Of a stretch of DNA of 64,000 nucleotides, positions 63,852 through 64,000 are shown piece after piece. The DNA is taken from positions 9,109-73,108 of the IMG/VR virus record IMGVR_UViG_3300046331_000099. One strand, given 5' to 3'. Origin of the DNA: a virus. The translations under genes and the position numbers were made by a program. Within the stretch, counting starts at the first letter, position 1. Every line of letters begins with the position of its first letter. The notes beneath the pieces were generated by a model. That model was not told the origin of the DNA. It saw only the letters and a program-made list of their open reading frames with translations, and made no database searches.

Positions 63852-64000
63852 TTATTTCTGGGGAACATCAAACACAAATGTAACTCTTACCTCATCACCA
63901 ATATTCTTAGTTCCATGGGGTAATTTATTATTGAACCATAGCAAGGTTCCAGGTTCTACCGTAACAGATTCATCGCCTACTGTGTATATGTATCTGCCTT
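63852..64000 (-). CDS. C-terminus of a cupin / Asp-Asn beta-hydroxylase-like oxygenase (partial)
   Basis: ...GRYIYTVGDESVTVEPGTLLWFNNKLPHGTKNIGDEVRVTFVFDVPQK*. Confidence 0.65.
   Translation of the reverse strand, partial: GRYIYTVGDESVTVEPGTLLWFNNKLPHGTKNIGDEVRVTFVFDVPQK

Noticed and set aside
52-63923. The many plus-strand ORFs in the ORF track
   Set aside because: They are antisense shadows of well-supported minus-strand genes or tRNAs, with no recognisable motifs; the promoters and RBSs found all point to the minus strand
1-64000. Genome-wide TAG recoding suggested by the CUA tRNA
   Set aside because: Core genes are full length under code 11, coding density is high, and TAG ends several ORFs at sensible positions

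Overview
A 64-kb segment of a large T4-like (Tevenvirinae-related) myovirus genome. Every credible gene lies on the minus strand. Three Bug/TctC solute-binding proteins weakly suggest a betaproteobacterial host (inference). It carries T4 core genes (uvsX, gp40, gp41 helicase, gp61 primase, rnh, dsbA, nrdAB, thyX, dCMP deaminase), a TET/JBP plus amino-acid:DNA-transferase base-modification cluster, an operon of putative internal head proteins, an NAD+ salvage pair (Nampt and NadM-Nudix), an RNA ligase and many 2OG-Fe(II) oxygenases. A tRNA region holds 35 tRNAs covering all 20 amino acids, including one with a CUA (amber) anticodon. The most striking unannotated structure is around that tRNA region. 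(1) A DUF2828 (TROVE/Ro60-like plus vWA) gene is accompanied by eight putative ncRNAs sharing a covarying 7-bp terminal stem plus N3-CAGCA; two of them contain circularly permuted tRNA modules like bacterial YrlA Y RNAs. (2) A 43-codon leader ORF encoding all 20 amino acids with 33 different codons overlaps an antiterminator/terminator switch upstream of the tRNA array, a candidate attenuator sensing general tRNA depletion. (3) A second family of six conserved 18-20-bp stems, an rrn-type boxA, UAG-terminated minigenes and, elsewhere in the window, an ArfA-like small protein. All calls are by eye and from motif memory; no database search was run.
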